Source of the DNA: Candidatus Burarchaeum australiense | GTDB taxonomy: Archaea > Micrarchaeota > Micrarchaeia > Burarchaeales > Burarchaeaceae | Direction of reading: 5' to 3' | DNA: 56,442 nucleotides | Assembly (NCBI GenBank): GCA_902386535.1 | Contig: CABMJK010000024.1 | Span: 1 to 56,442, forward strand | Shown here: one piece after another, positions 8,015 through 16,653 of the stretch | Layout: each line of letters begins with the position of its first letter | Position numbering within the stretch: the first letter of the stretch is position 1 | The notes under the pieces: model-generated | Told to the model about the DNA's origin: nothing | Database searches by the model: none | What the model saw: only the letters and a program-made list of their open reading frames with translations | Position numbers and translations under genes: made by a program

Positions 8015-9220
8015 ATGGGGGAAACCGGAGGCGGCAGGGAAATCCGAGTTCTGATGGACTTCGGCGCCTCGGGCAGGCACCATTCGCTCTATGACGAGCT
8101 TCTGCAGGCGCCTCCGGAAGGCATCCGCTATGTCGTGCCCCGCCTGCCGGTGTCGCGGTTTCCGAAGGCAGCGGTGCACATCTATCACCGCATAAGGAGC
8201 GGGCTCGAGGGAAAGGTGGACCTGGCGGCGGTGGCGAGGCGCGTCAACCGCGCGGCCGCGGGAAGCGGGGCAGACCATGATGTCGTCCACTTCGCGAACC
8301 ACCTGGACCCGGCACGAGAGCCGTTCGTGGCAGATTTCGAGCAGGCCCTTTCCCTGCTTCACGCACCGACCGGCACGGGAAGGGTCGAGGCGGATTTCGC
8401 CCGTATCAGGGAGGCGCGGACCAGGCTCATGGAATCCGCCGAGTGCAAGTTCCTGCTTCCGTGGACCGAACAGGGCGCAAAGACGGTGTGGGCTGCCTTC
8501 CCGTCGGCAAAGATAAGGAAGAAGACAAAGGTCGTGAGGCTTGCCATGAGGGTGCCTGAGGAGCACAAGCCCATCAAGCACGACAAGTTCCGCGTGCTTT
8601 TCCTAGGCACGAGCAACCTGAGCGGAGAATGGAATTTCTACTATCGCGGGGGCCACCGGATGCTGAAGGTGTTCGAGAGATTCGCCAGGGGCAGGAAAGG
8701 CTCGGTTGAACTCGTGGTGACCGGCGAGATTCCGCAGCGCGAGCGGCCACTCACCGAGCGCATCGGGTGCTGCAGGGCGGCGGGGCTGCTCAGAAAGGAG
8801 GAAATGGGCCACCTGTTCAGGACTAGCGACGTGCTGCTCTATCCCGCCTACGCGACTCCGGGGCTCGCGTTTCTCGAGGCCATGCGCTACCACATGCCGA
8901 TAGCGACCACGGACGCGTGGGCCAACAGGGAAATAGTTGGCCACATGGAGAACGGCCTCGTGACTCCGTTCACGGAATTCAAAACGCGCGGGAAGTTCGG
9001 GCTTCCGCCAATGCTCGACGCGTTCATGGACTTCGAGCTCAACTGTTCGGACACCGGGCTGGAAAATGGCCTGGTGCAGTCCCTTGAAAAGCTCTACGGC
9101 TCGCCGCGCCTGAGGAGCCGGCTGGGCGAGAACGGCTTCAGGCAGGTGAGCGCCGGGAAGTGCAGCATAGGCGAGAGGAACCGCAGGCTCAGGAAAATAT
9201 ATGAGGCATGCCTGAGTTAA
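8015..9220 (+). CDS. Glycosyltransferase family 4
   Basis: SDVLLYP, GLAFLEAM, EIV...NG C-terminal GT-B motifs; start moved to ATG 8015. Confidence 0.8.
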   Translation: MGETGGGREIRVLMDFGASGRHHSLYDELLQAPPEGIRYVVPRLPVSRFPKAAVHIYHRIRSGLEGKVDLAAVARRVNRAAAGSGADHDVVHFANHLDPAREPFVADFEQALSLLHAPTGTGRVEADFARIREARTRLMESAECKFLLPWTEQGAKTVWAAFPSAKIRKKTKVVRLAMRVPEEHKPIKHDKFRVLFLGTSNLSGEWNFYYRGGHRMLKVFERFARGRKGSVELVVTGEIPQRERPLTERIGCCRAAGLLRKEEMGHLFRTSDVLLYPAYATPGLAFLEAMRYHMPIATTDAWANREIVGHMENGLVTPFTEFKTRGKFGLPPMLDAFMDFELNCSDTGLENGLVQSLEKLYGSPRLRSRLGENGFRQVSAGKCSIGERNRRLRKIYEACLS

Positions 9221-9238
9221 TGCGAGGGCGCTGGGCGC

Positions 9239-10243
9239 ATGGGGCGGGTCGATTGCATGGTGGATGCGAAAAAAACGGGCGCGGGGAAGAAAACCGGAAG
9301 GCCCATTGTCACCGTGGTCATGATAACCTACAACGGCGTGCGCTACATTGACGATGCGGTCGGGAGCCTGCTCGGGCAGAGCGACAGGAATTTCGAGGTC
9401 GTGATGCTGGACGACTGCTCCACGGACTCGACGCCCGAGAAGGTGCGGGAGGCCCGTGAGAAATTCCGGAAGGCGGGCATAGCGTGCCGGACTTTCAGGA
9501 ACGAGCGCAACCGCGGAACGGGTTACTCGTGGGATCGCGTCTCGAGGCTTTCCGAAACGCCCTGGATAATGTTCCTTGCGGACGACGACATGTACCTGCC
9601 GCGCAAGGTCGAGCGCACCCTGGGATTCATAAAAAGCCATCCGGCCGCGCCCTGGTTTTACCATGACGTGGTCATAATGAAGGAGGCGACCGGCGAGAAG
9701 AAGGGATACGCGATACCGCAGTTCAACACGGGCCGGGATTCCATGCGGCACTTCTTCGAGCTCGCGCTCGCGAATTGTTTCATGGTTCACAATGCGGTCG
9801 CCATAAGGAAGGACGTCTACGAGAAGGCGGGCGGCTTCAGGGACCTGCGCGGGGTCGAGGACTTCGACTTCTGGATGAGGCTCATCGAACAGGGCTTCCT
9901 GCCGCAGAAGATGGAGGGCGAGCCGCTTCTGGTCTACAGGAGCAGGGGCCTGGATGCGAGCCGCTTCCCCTACCAGAGCTACTACGGCTCCTTCGTGCAG
10001 GTGATGAACGATTTCCTCGACAGGCAGGGGCTGGCGAAGACTGCGGACCGGGAAACGCTGGCGCTTGCGCGCGAATTCAGGACCGGAATTTACATCGCAT
10101 ATTTGATGCGCTCGGCAAGGCGCGGGAACTTCTCGCTTGCGCTCAGGGCGTTCGGGGGCATGGTGAGGCGGGATTTCTCGCCCGTGCAGTTCGCGAAGAT
10201 GTCCGTTAACAAGTTTTCCAGGATATTCAAGGGCGAAAATTAG
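9239..10243 (+). CDS. Glycosyltransferase family 2
   Basis: VVMITYN, DDCSTD, FLADDD, GGF..VEDFDFW; start may be 9257. Confidence 0.85.
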   Translation: MGRVDCMVDAKKTGAGKKTGRPIVTVVMITYNGVRYIDDAVGSLLGQSDRNFEVVMLDDCSTDSTPEKVREAREKFRKAGIACRTFRNERNRGTGYSWDRVSRLSETPWIMFLADDDMYLPRKVERTLGFIKSHPAAPWFYHDVVIMKEATGEKKGYAIPQFNTGRDSMRHFFELALANCFMVHNAVAIRKDVYEKAGGFRDLRGVEDFDFWMRLIEQGFLPQKMEGEPLLVYRSRGLDASRFPYQSYYGSFVQVMNDFLDRQGLAKTADRETLALAREFRTGIYIAYLMRSARRGNFSLALRAFGGMVRRDFSPVQFAKMSVNKFSRIFKGEN

Positions 10244-10255
10244 TTCAGTTGCCCT

Positions 10256-10301
10256 TTCGGTTCATCGATTCATTTGTCCGTTCAGTTCATCGATTCATCT
10301 G
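10256..10301. repeat. Imperfect 21-bp direct repeat overlapping the aminotransferase stop codon
   Basis: TTCGGTTCATCGATTCATTTG (10256-10276) vs TTCAGTTCATCGATTCATCTG (10281-10301). Confidence 0.75.
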
Positions 10302-11443
10302 CCGACCTTCTTTCCGTGCGCATCGGCTGCGCGGGCCGTCGTCTCAACCACATAAGCTGTTTCCTCATCGGTCATGCCAGGCCAGATGGGCAGCGAAAGT
10401 ATGCGCCTCGCCAGCTTCTCGGTGCCGCGCAGCGGCGTCTTGCGGAAGGGCAGGTGCTCGGCATAGGCCTTCTGCTGGTGGCAGGGAATCGGGTAGTGGA
10501 TTTGGGCGCGCACGCCCGCATCGTTCAGCTGCTTGATGACCGCGTCGCGTATGGTTTCGTGCACCTGCACCACGAAGAGGTGGTAAACGTGGCGCCCGCC
10601 TGGGCGCTCGCGCTGGAGCCTCATCAGCGCGCGCTTTTCGAGTTCCCCGAGGCCGGCCACATATTTTTGCGCAATGGCGCGGCGCTGCTCGTTCCATTCG
10701 TGCATGCGCTTCAGCTTGGCAGACAGGAACGCGGCCTGGAGCCCGTCAAGGCGGGAGTTGAAGCCCAGCGAATCATGGTAGTATTTCACCTTTGAGCCGT
10801 AGTTGCGCATGGCCGCAACCGAGTCGGCGAGCGCGTCATCGTCAGTGCAAACTGCCCCGGCGTCGCCCAGGGCCCCGAGGTTCTTGCCTGGGTAGAAGCT
10901 GAAGGCCGCGGCCTTGCCAAAGGTGCCCGCATTCTTTCCGCCGAGGCTCGAACCGTGAGCCTGGCATGCGTCCTCGAGCAGGAGGAGGCCGTGCGCCTGC
11001 GCAATCTCGCCCAACCTGCCCATGTCCGCGCACTGGCCGTAGAGATGCACGGGCATGATGGCCTTTATTTTCTTGGACTTGGAAATCGCGCGCTCCACTG
11101 ATTCCGGCGCAAGGCAGTAGTATTCGTCGACCTCGGCGAAAACCGGCCTGGCACCTGCCAGCGTGACGGCGAACGGCGTGGCCACGAACGTGTGGGAAGG
11201 CACGACAACCTCGTCGCCCTTGCCTATGCCAAGCGCCCTGATCATGAGGACGAGGGCATCGGTGCCGCAGGCCACTCCGAGCGCGCGCTTGGCGCCCACA
11301 AATTTCGCGAACTCGGACTCGAAGGCCTCGACCTCCTTGCCAAGTATGAAGCCAGAACTTGAGAGCACGCGGCCGTAGGCCGCATCGAGCTCGGGCCGCA
11401 TGGCCTCGTGGATGCGCCCAAGATTAACAAAGGGAATTTCCAT
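10295..11443 (-). CDS. DegT/DnrJ/EryC1/StrS family sugar aminotransferase (PLP)
   Basis: IPFVNL, PVHLYGQ, EDACQAHG, SFYPGKNLGALGDAG, GFNSRLD. Confidence 0.93.
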   Translation of the reverse strand: MEIPFVNLGRIHEAMRPELDAAYGRVLSSSGFILGKEVEAFESEFAKFVGAKRALGVACGTDALVLMIRALGIGKGDEVVVPSHTFVATPFAVTLAGARPVFAEVDEYYCLAPESVERAISKSKKIKAIMPVHLYGQCADMGRLGEIAQAHGLLLLEDACQAHGSSLGGKNAGTFGKAAAFSFYPGKNLGALGDAGAVCTDDDALADSVAAMRNYGSKVKYYHDSLGFNSRLDGLQAAFLSAKLKRMHEWNEQRRAIAQKYVAGLGELEKRALMRLQRERPGGRHVYHLFVVQVHETIRDAVIKQLNDAGVRAQIHYPIPCHQQKAYAEHLPFRKTPLRGTEKLARRILSLPIWPGMTDEETAYVVETTARAADAHGKKVGR

Positions 11444-11458
11444 TTGATCACCGCATGC

Positions 11459-12463
11459 TTACGCGGAGCTCGAACCCTTCACCTGCTCGTTTATGCGCTC
11501 TATCAGGTCGGTAACCACGAGGCCGAAGGATATGTCGGTTTCGGGTTTCTTCCCGCTGCCGATGCAGTCAATGAAATGCGAGGCCATGTTGGCAAGCGGC
11601 TCGCGGGACTTTATGTACGGGATTATTGTCGAGCCAGGGTTGCATTGCACTACGAAGTCCATATAGGTGGCGGGCGCCTCGAGCGGCCCCTTTATCTCCT
11701 TCTCGTGCACCTCGACCTTGCCCGCAACCCTGACGTCGTCGAATTCCGCCATCTTCCTATCGCCCAGAATCATCACCTTGCGCAGCTTCACGGGCGAGAG
11801 CGAACTCACCATGAGCGTGACCGTCAGGTCGCCGTAATCGAGATAGGCAAAGGCCTCGTCCTCCACGCCCTTTATGAAATGGCTCTTGCCCACCGCGGTC
11901 AGCCTGCGGGGCTTGGCGGCCTTTTCGCCCAACCAGTAGACGAGCATCGAGACGTCGTGGGTCATCAGGTCCTCGACGACGTTCACGTCCCGCCGCAGGA
12001 ACTCGATTGCCTGCCGCTGGAACTGGAATGCGTGCAGGGTGCCCAGCTCCTGCTTGTCGAGCAGCGTTTTCAGGTAGCGCACGCTGTCCCCGTAGATGAA
12101 AGTGTAATCCACCATCAGCGTCAGTTTTTTCTCATGCGCGAGCTTCGCGAGCTCGCGTGCATCCTCCACGTTGGTGGTGACGGGCTTTTCGACAAGCACG
12201 TGCTTGCCGGCCTCGAGCGCGAGCTTGGCCAGTGCATGGTGGGTTTTGGGCGGCGTGGCGATTATGACCGCGTCCACGTCCGGCAGGACCTCTTCGAAGG
12301 AGGAAACCACTTTGATGAACGGATACTCCTCGGCCGCCCGCTCGCGCTTCTTCGCGTCCAGGTCGACGATGTAGCGGAGCTCGGCGCCCTTTGCCTTCGA
12401 GAAGTTCCTCGCGAGGTTGGGACCCCAATAACCGTAGCCCACGAGGACGAGCCTCACAGCCAT
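11459..12463 (-). CDS. Gfo/Idh/MocA NAD-dependent oxidoreductase (WlbA/WbpB-like sugar 3-dehydrogenase)
   Basis: VGYGYWG, IATPP..H, HVLVEKP, DLMTHD; true start ATG 12463. Confidence 0.88.
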   Translation of the reverse strand: MAVRLVLVGYGYWGPNLARNFSKAKGAELRYIVDLDAKKRERAAEEYPFIKVVSSFEEVLPDVDAVIIATPPKTHHALAKLALEAGKHVLVEKPVTTNVEDARELAKLAHEKKLTLMVDYTFIYGDSVRYLKTLLDKQELGTLHAFQFQRQAIEFLRRDVNVVEDLMTHDVSMLVYWLGEKAAKPRRLTAVGKSHFIKGVEDEAFAYLDYGDLTVTLMVSSLSPVKLRKVMILGDRKMAEFDDVRVAGKVEVHEKEIKGPLEAPATYMDFVVQCNPGSTIIPYIKSREPLANMASHFIDCIGSGKKPETDISFGLVVTDLIERINEQVKGSSSA

Positions 12464-12517
12464 GACGGGAATTCGACTCAGAAGGCTTTTATTCGTTTGG
12501 ACGGCCTTGATGTAGGC

Positions 12518-13474
12518 ATGGCTGAAGGCCCTAAAATCGCGGTCATCGGAAACGGCACGATAGCGGTCGAGTGCTGCGCCCACCTGCTGGGCCTGGGCGA
12601 GAACGTCGCGTTCATAGTCGGAGACCACAAGGACGACGGGAGGGACGGCTGGCAGAAGTCTCTCGCGAAATTCGCGCGCGGGCACGACATCCCCTTCCAC
12701 CAGCCAGAGGGCATAAACGAGCAGAAGTGGTACGACTTCTTTGCAAAGGAGGCGCCGGACTTCCTGCTGTCTTTCCAATACCGGTTCATAATCAGGCGGC
12801 AGATAATCGGGAGCGCGCGAAAGCTGGCCGCGAACCTGCATTTCGCGCCCCTGCCCCGCTACCGCGGCATGTACCCTATAGCCTGGGCGCTGCTCAACGG
12901 CGAGAAGGAGTTCGGGGTCACGATACATGAGATAGACCCGGGAGTGGACTCGGGGGACATAATCGCGCAGAAGCTTTTTTCCGTCGAGGAAAGCGACACC
13001 GCGAGAACGCTTTACTTCAAGGCAGTCGAGAAAGGCGCCGAGCTTTTCCGCGAGGCGTGGCCCTCGATGCGCGGCATGAGCTTCAGACGCACCCAGCAGG
13101 ACCCGGCCAAGGCGCTCTACAACCCGAAGGGCTCGATTGATTTTTCCAGGAACCGCATGGACTGGTCGCTGCCGGCCGAGAAGGCGTTCAACTTCGCGCG
13201 CGCCTTCATCTTCGTGCCCTTCCAATTGCCCACCATGATGCATGAGGGCAATGAGCTGAAGATTGTGAGGGTGAGAAAGGCGGATGCAAAAGGCGGGAGC
13301 AGGACGGGGGCGAAGCCAGGCACCGTGCTTGCGGTTTCCGACGAGGGGGCGGAGGTTGCCTGCGGTTCGGGCTCGCTGGTCGTGGCGCTCACGGACGAAG
13401 TCTCCGAGCAGGTGCTGCCGCAGTGCGAGTTCATGAAAAAATATGGAATAAGGAAGGGGGCCTCGCTAGGCTGA
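12518..13474 (+). CDS. Fmt/ArnA-type formyltransferase, probably a sugar-nucleotide N-formyltransferase
   Basis: NLHFAPLPRYRG, GVTIHEID.GVDSGDI, C-terminal PGTV...VACGSG; true start ATG 12518. Confidence 0.85.
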   Translation: MAEGPKIAVIGNGTIAVECCAHLLGLGENVAFIVGDHKDDGRDGWQKSLAKFARGHDIPFHQPEGINEQKWYDFFAKEAPDFLLSFQYRFIIRRQIIGSARKLAANLHFAPLPRYRGMYPIAWALLNGEKEFGVTIHEIDPGVDSGDIIAQKLFSVEESDTARTLYFKAVEKGAELFREAWPSMRGMSFRRTQQDPAKALYNPKGSIDFSRNRMDWSLPAEKAFNFARAFIFVPFQLPTMMHEGNELKIVRVRKADAKGGSRTGAKPGTVLAVSDEGAEVACGSGSLVVALTDEVSEQVLPQCEFMKKYGIRKGASLG

Positions 13475-13483
13475 GCAACAGAC

Positions 13484-14203
13484 TCAAACCTGCTTGGACT
13501 TTCTCGCTATCGTGCTTGCGCGGTATAGGGACTCGAACGTGCCAGCGTCGGTCCAGTCGCCCTTCAGAAGGTGGAAGCCCAGCTTGTCGGCCTTCACGTA
13601 GTGGTTGTTAACGTCCGTAATCTCGTACTCGCCGCGCGCGCTTGGCTTGAGCGAGCGGATGACGCTGAAAACGGATGGCGAGTAGAGATAGAGGCCGATG
13701 ACCGCGTAGTTGCTCTTCGGCTTCGCGGGCTTCTCGATTATCGAGACTATTTTTTCGCCGCTGACTTCGGCCACCCCGAAGCGGTTGGCATCGGGCACGG
13801 CCTTGAGAAATACCACGGCCTCGTCCTTGCCCGCATCGAACGCGCGTATCGCGCCGCCCACGTCCTCGTCGATTATGTTGTCGCCCAGGATTACGGCGAA
13901 CTTCGAGCTGCCCGCGAAATCCTCGGCCAGCGAAAGGGCCTGCGCTATGCCGCCGCTCTCGTCCTGCAGCCTGTACGTGAGCCTGCACCCGAGGTCATGG
14001 CCGCTGCCGAGCAGCTTCATGAAATCGCCCGCGCTCTCCTTGCCCGTGACTATCAGGATGTCGGTTATGCCGGCCTTCAGCAGCGTGTTGAGAGGATACA
14101 AGATCATGGGCTTGTCGTAGACAGGCAGCAGGTGCTTGTTCGTAATTTCTGTGAGGGGCCTGAGCCTCGTGCCCGCCCCGCCTGCAAGAATCACTCCGCG
14201 CAT
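13484..14203 (-). CDS. rmlA: Glucose-1-phosphate thymidylyltransferase (short form)
   Basis: GVILAGGAGTRLRPLT..NKHLLPVYDKPMI, EKP, SARGEYEITD, WTDAGT; GGAGG RBS before ATG 14203. Confidence 0.88.
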   Translation of the reverse strand: MRGVILAGGAGTRLRPLTEITNKHLLPVYDKPMILYPLNTLLKAGITDILIVTGKESAGDFMKLLGSGHDLGCRLTYRLQDESGGIAQALSLAEDFAGSSKFAVILGDNIIDEDVGGAIRAFDAGKDEAVVFLKAVPDANRFGVAEVSGEKIVSIIEKPAKPKSNYAVIGLYLYSPSVFSVIRSLKPSARGEYEITDVNNHYVKADKLGFHLLKGDWTDAGTFESLYRASTIARKSKQV

Positions 14204-14230
14204 AGAATCAACCTCCACAAAATAATCACA

Positions 14231-14338
14231 CGCCATCAGTTCGTCTTTCCTTCCTCCTCCCGCGTTTTCATCATCGCCATCATCTCGCGCCATCAGTTCG
14301 TCTTCCCCTCTTCCTCCTGCTTTTTCATCACCATCAGC
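14231..14338. repeat. Imperfect tandem duplication (period about 57 bp) of the rmlD 3' end
   Basis: CGCCATCAGTTCGTCTT..CC..TTCCTCC.....TTTTCATCA occurs at 14231 and 14288. Confidence 0.75.
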
Positions 14339-15198
14339 CCGTGCTCCGAATTCAGAAGTTTCACGCCCGTCTCGTGCTCGGTCCTGGACACGTCGAGGCA
14401 GCCGTTCATGGGCCGGGCCGCGGCCTGGCGCAAGTCCGCTGTCTTGACGGGCGAGATCAGCGTGTCGTCCAGGCCAAAGACCTGCGCAGCCTTGAGCGCG
14501 AACTCGAACCTGCTCAGGCAGTCATTGCCCGTGACGTGCCAGAGGCCGGTCTTCTCGAGCTCCACCAGGCGCAGCAAAACTTCGGCCGCATTGTCGGCCA
14601 GCGTCGGCCCGTTGTACTGGTCGTCGACTATCTTGACCGGCTTGCGTGCGCGCAGCTCACCCAGCAGCCAGGTGACGAAATTCTTTTTCACCGGGTGCCA
14701 GCCGTAGATTACGCTCGTGCGCGCCACCAGGTTGTCCGCATCCATGCCCAGCAGCTCGCCCTCCGCAGTCGACTTGCTCTCGGCATAGACGCTCTCGGGA
14801 TTCGGCTCGTCCTCGGGCTTGTACTTGCCCCGCTTCTTCCCGTCGAAAACGTAGTCTGTTGACATGAACAAATACTGCGCGCCGATTTTCTCGCATGAGG
14901 TAGCAAGGTTCAGCGAGGCATCCACATTTATGAGCCTGGCTTTTGCCGGGTCGGTCTCGCACGCGTCAACCACGTGGAAGGCAGCTGTGTTGATGACTGC
15001 TTCGGGCTTCAGCTCGCGCACGAGCCTGCTGGCAGATTCCAAGTCAGCCACGTCAAGCAGATGGCCGGGCCCGGGGTGCCAGCTCGCGCCCGTGTGGTAA
15101 GTGTAGTCCACGCTGAACTTCCCGCTGGCGCGCGCCTTCTGCACGAGCCTGTTGCCGAGCAAGCCGAGGCCGCCGATTACGAGCAAGGATTTCATCAT
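14293..15198 (-). CDS. rmlD: dTDP-4-dehydrorhamnose reductase family
   Basis: GGLGLLG, VDACE, STDYVFDG, YAESK, DQYNGPT, AARP. Confidence 0.88.
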   Translation of the reverse strand: MMKSLLVIGGLGLLGNRLVQKARASGKFSVDYTYHTGASWHPGPGHLLDVADLESASRLVRELKPEAVINTAAFHVVDACETDPAKARLINVDASLNLATSCEKIGAQYLFMSTDYVFDGKKRGKYKPEDEPNPESVYAESKSTAEGELLGMDADNLVARTSVIYGWHPVKKNFVTWLLGELRARKPVKIVDDQYNGPTLADNAAEVLLRLVELEKTGLWHVTGNDCLSRFEFALKAAQVFGLDDTLISPVKTADLRQAAARPMNGCLDVSRTEHETGVKLLNSEHGLMVMKKQEEEGKTN

Positions 15199-15205
15199 AC
15201 CACCT

Positions 15206-16006
15206 TCACCGCACGGATGCGGCATCCTTCTTCGAATGCACGTTCGCGAACTCGCCCGACACGAGGCAGCCAGAGAGCTTGCCGAGCTTGCTCAGCCGCG
15301 CGAACTGCGCGTCCAGCGGGCCTTTGGCCTCGAGCAGCGAGAAGATTTCGGGCTCCGCGAAGCCAGTCATTGTGGCGACCAGATGGCTCTCGCTTTTCGC
15401 TGGCTTCTCCCAGTAGCGCGTGATGAGGCTGCCGTCCATCATCACGAGCGAGCTCTTTGTCCAGGCAAAGCCGGTGCCATAATAGACTGCGAGCGTGACC
15501 GGGTTGTCCTGGCGCCTGTGGAACTTTAGCACTGTTGAAAGGTCAAAAGTGAAGTAGTGGTCGCAGGGCACGAACAGGAACGTGCCGCTTATGTGCGGCC
15601 GGGCCAGAGCGAGCGTGTGTGCGCTGCCATTGTGCTCCTTTTCCTCGACGTATTTCAGCGAGACGCCGGCCGAGGCGCCGTTCTCGAACTCGTTGAATAT
15701 TGCAGCGTTCACCTTGTGCGAGCCCACAATCATGATGTCCGTGAAGCCGGCCTCGCGGAGCCTTTCGAGCGAGTGGGCGAGCAGCGGCTTGCCCTTCACA
15801 GGGATGAGCGGCCGGTAAGTGTGCGCATCCGCAGACCAGAGGCCCTCAGCAGGCCCGCCCGCCAGCACAACGGCAGTTCGCTTCGCGCCCACGCTGCGGC
15901 CTATGAGCCCCTCAATGGCCTCCGAGCGCGTGCCCTCGCCGTGCTGCGCGTCGAATTCCTTCATGAGGCCCTCGTCGAGCGAGAGCGAAACCCTGACTTT
16001 TGCCAT
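15206..16006 (-). CDS. Ribbon-helix-helix (CopG/MetJ-like) DNA-binding domain fused to a degenerate sugar-phosphate nucleotidyltransferase domain; putative regulator
   Basis: N-term RVSLSLDEGLMKEFD....TRSEAIE; then VVLAGG (lacking GTR), LIPVKGKP, YVEE..GSA, EKP. Confidence 0.75.
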   Translation of the reverse strand: MAKVRVSLSLDEGLMKEFDAQHGEGTRSEAIEGLIGRSVGAKRTAVVLAGGPAEGLWSADAHTYRPLIPVKGKPLLAHSLERLREAGFTDIMIVGSHKVNAAIFNEFENGASAGVSLKYVEEKEHNGSAHTLALARPHISGTFLFVPCDHYFTFDLSTVLKFHRRQDNPVTLAVYYGTGFAWTKSSLVMMDGSLITRYWEKPAKSESHLVATMTGFAEPEIFSLLEAKGPLDAQFARLSKLGKLSGCLVSGEFANVHSKKDAASVR

Positions 16007-16008
16007 AG

Positions 16009-16049
16009 TAATACTCCCGTAATACGTTTTAATACCAGGGTATTATAAA
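16009..16049. promoter_or_regulatory. Putative RHH operator: three TAATAC direct repeats plus one inverted copy overlapping a TATA box
   Basis: TAATAC at 16009, 16020, 16030; GTATTA at 16040 (palindrome TAATAC-CAGG-GTATTA); TATAAA at 16044-16049. Confidence 0.65.
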
Positions 16050-16138
16050 CCTATGTTTCGTTACTGACTCATTGACTCGGAAGGAGGAGATGACGGGAAT
16101 TGAAGTGAAAAGGAAAGGGCGGAAACGGCGCGGAGGCG

Positions 16139-16615
16139 ATGGCGATGATCGACGGGATTGAAGTGAAGGAACTGAAGATGATAAAGGACAACCGCGGGTT
16201 CCTGATGGAAATCCTGCGCGGCAGCGACAAGATAAAATCCGACGGGCAGGGAGCCTTCGGGCAGATGTACATCAGCACGGCCTACCCTGCGGTGATAAAG
16301 GGCAAGCACATGCACAAGCTGCAGACAGACCATCTCACAGTCATCAAGGGCAGGGGAGCGATTCACCTGGAGGACCAGCGCGAGGGCAGCCCGACCAAGG
16401 GGAAGAAGGAAGTCATACTCGTGGGAGAGGACAATTGGAAGCTCGTGAAGATACCGCCGGGCATCTGGCACTCGACCGAGAATGTCGGGACAGAGGTGTG
16501 CTACTTCATCAACTACGTGACAAGGGAATACAACCACAAGGAGCCTGACGAATACCGGGGAGCGTTTGACGAGAACGAGAGGAAGATGCCCTGGAAGCCA
16601 TTGATTATGGGGTAG
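16139..16615 (+). CDS. RmlC-like cupin, dTDP-4-dehydrorhamnose 3,5-epimerase family
   Basis: DNRGFLME, IKGKHMH, D.REGSPT, IPPGIWH. Confidence 0.85.
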   Translation: MAMIDGIEVKELKMIKDNRGFLMEILRGSDKIKSDGQGAFGQMYISTAYPAVIKGKHMHKLQTDHLTVIKGRGAIHLEDQREGSPTKGKKEVILVGEDNWKLVKIPPGIWHSTENVGTEVCYFINYVTREYNHKEPDEYRGAFDENERKMPWKPLIMG

Positions 16616-16653
16616 GGAACGGGCGATGAAAAATATGCTGCGGGGTTGATGGC

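Noticed and set aside
11408-13474. Long overlapping ORFs of 688 aa (+) and 594 aa (-)
   Set aside because: These are antisense extensions typical of GC-rich DNA; the real genes start at 12518 (+) and 12463 (-).
12518-13474. Methionyl-tRNA formyltransferase
   Set aside because: Archaeal initiation is unformylated, and the gene sits among amino-sugar genes.
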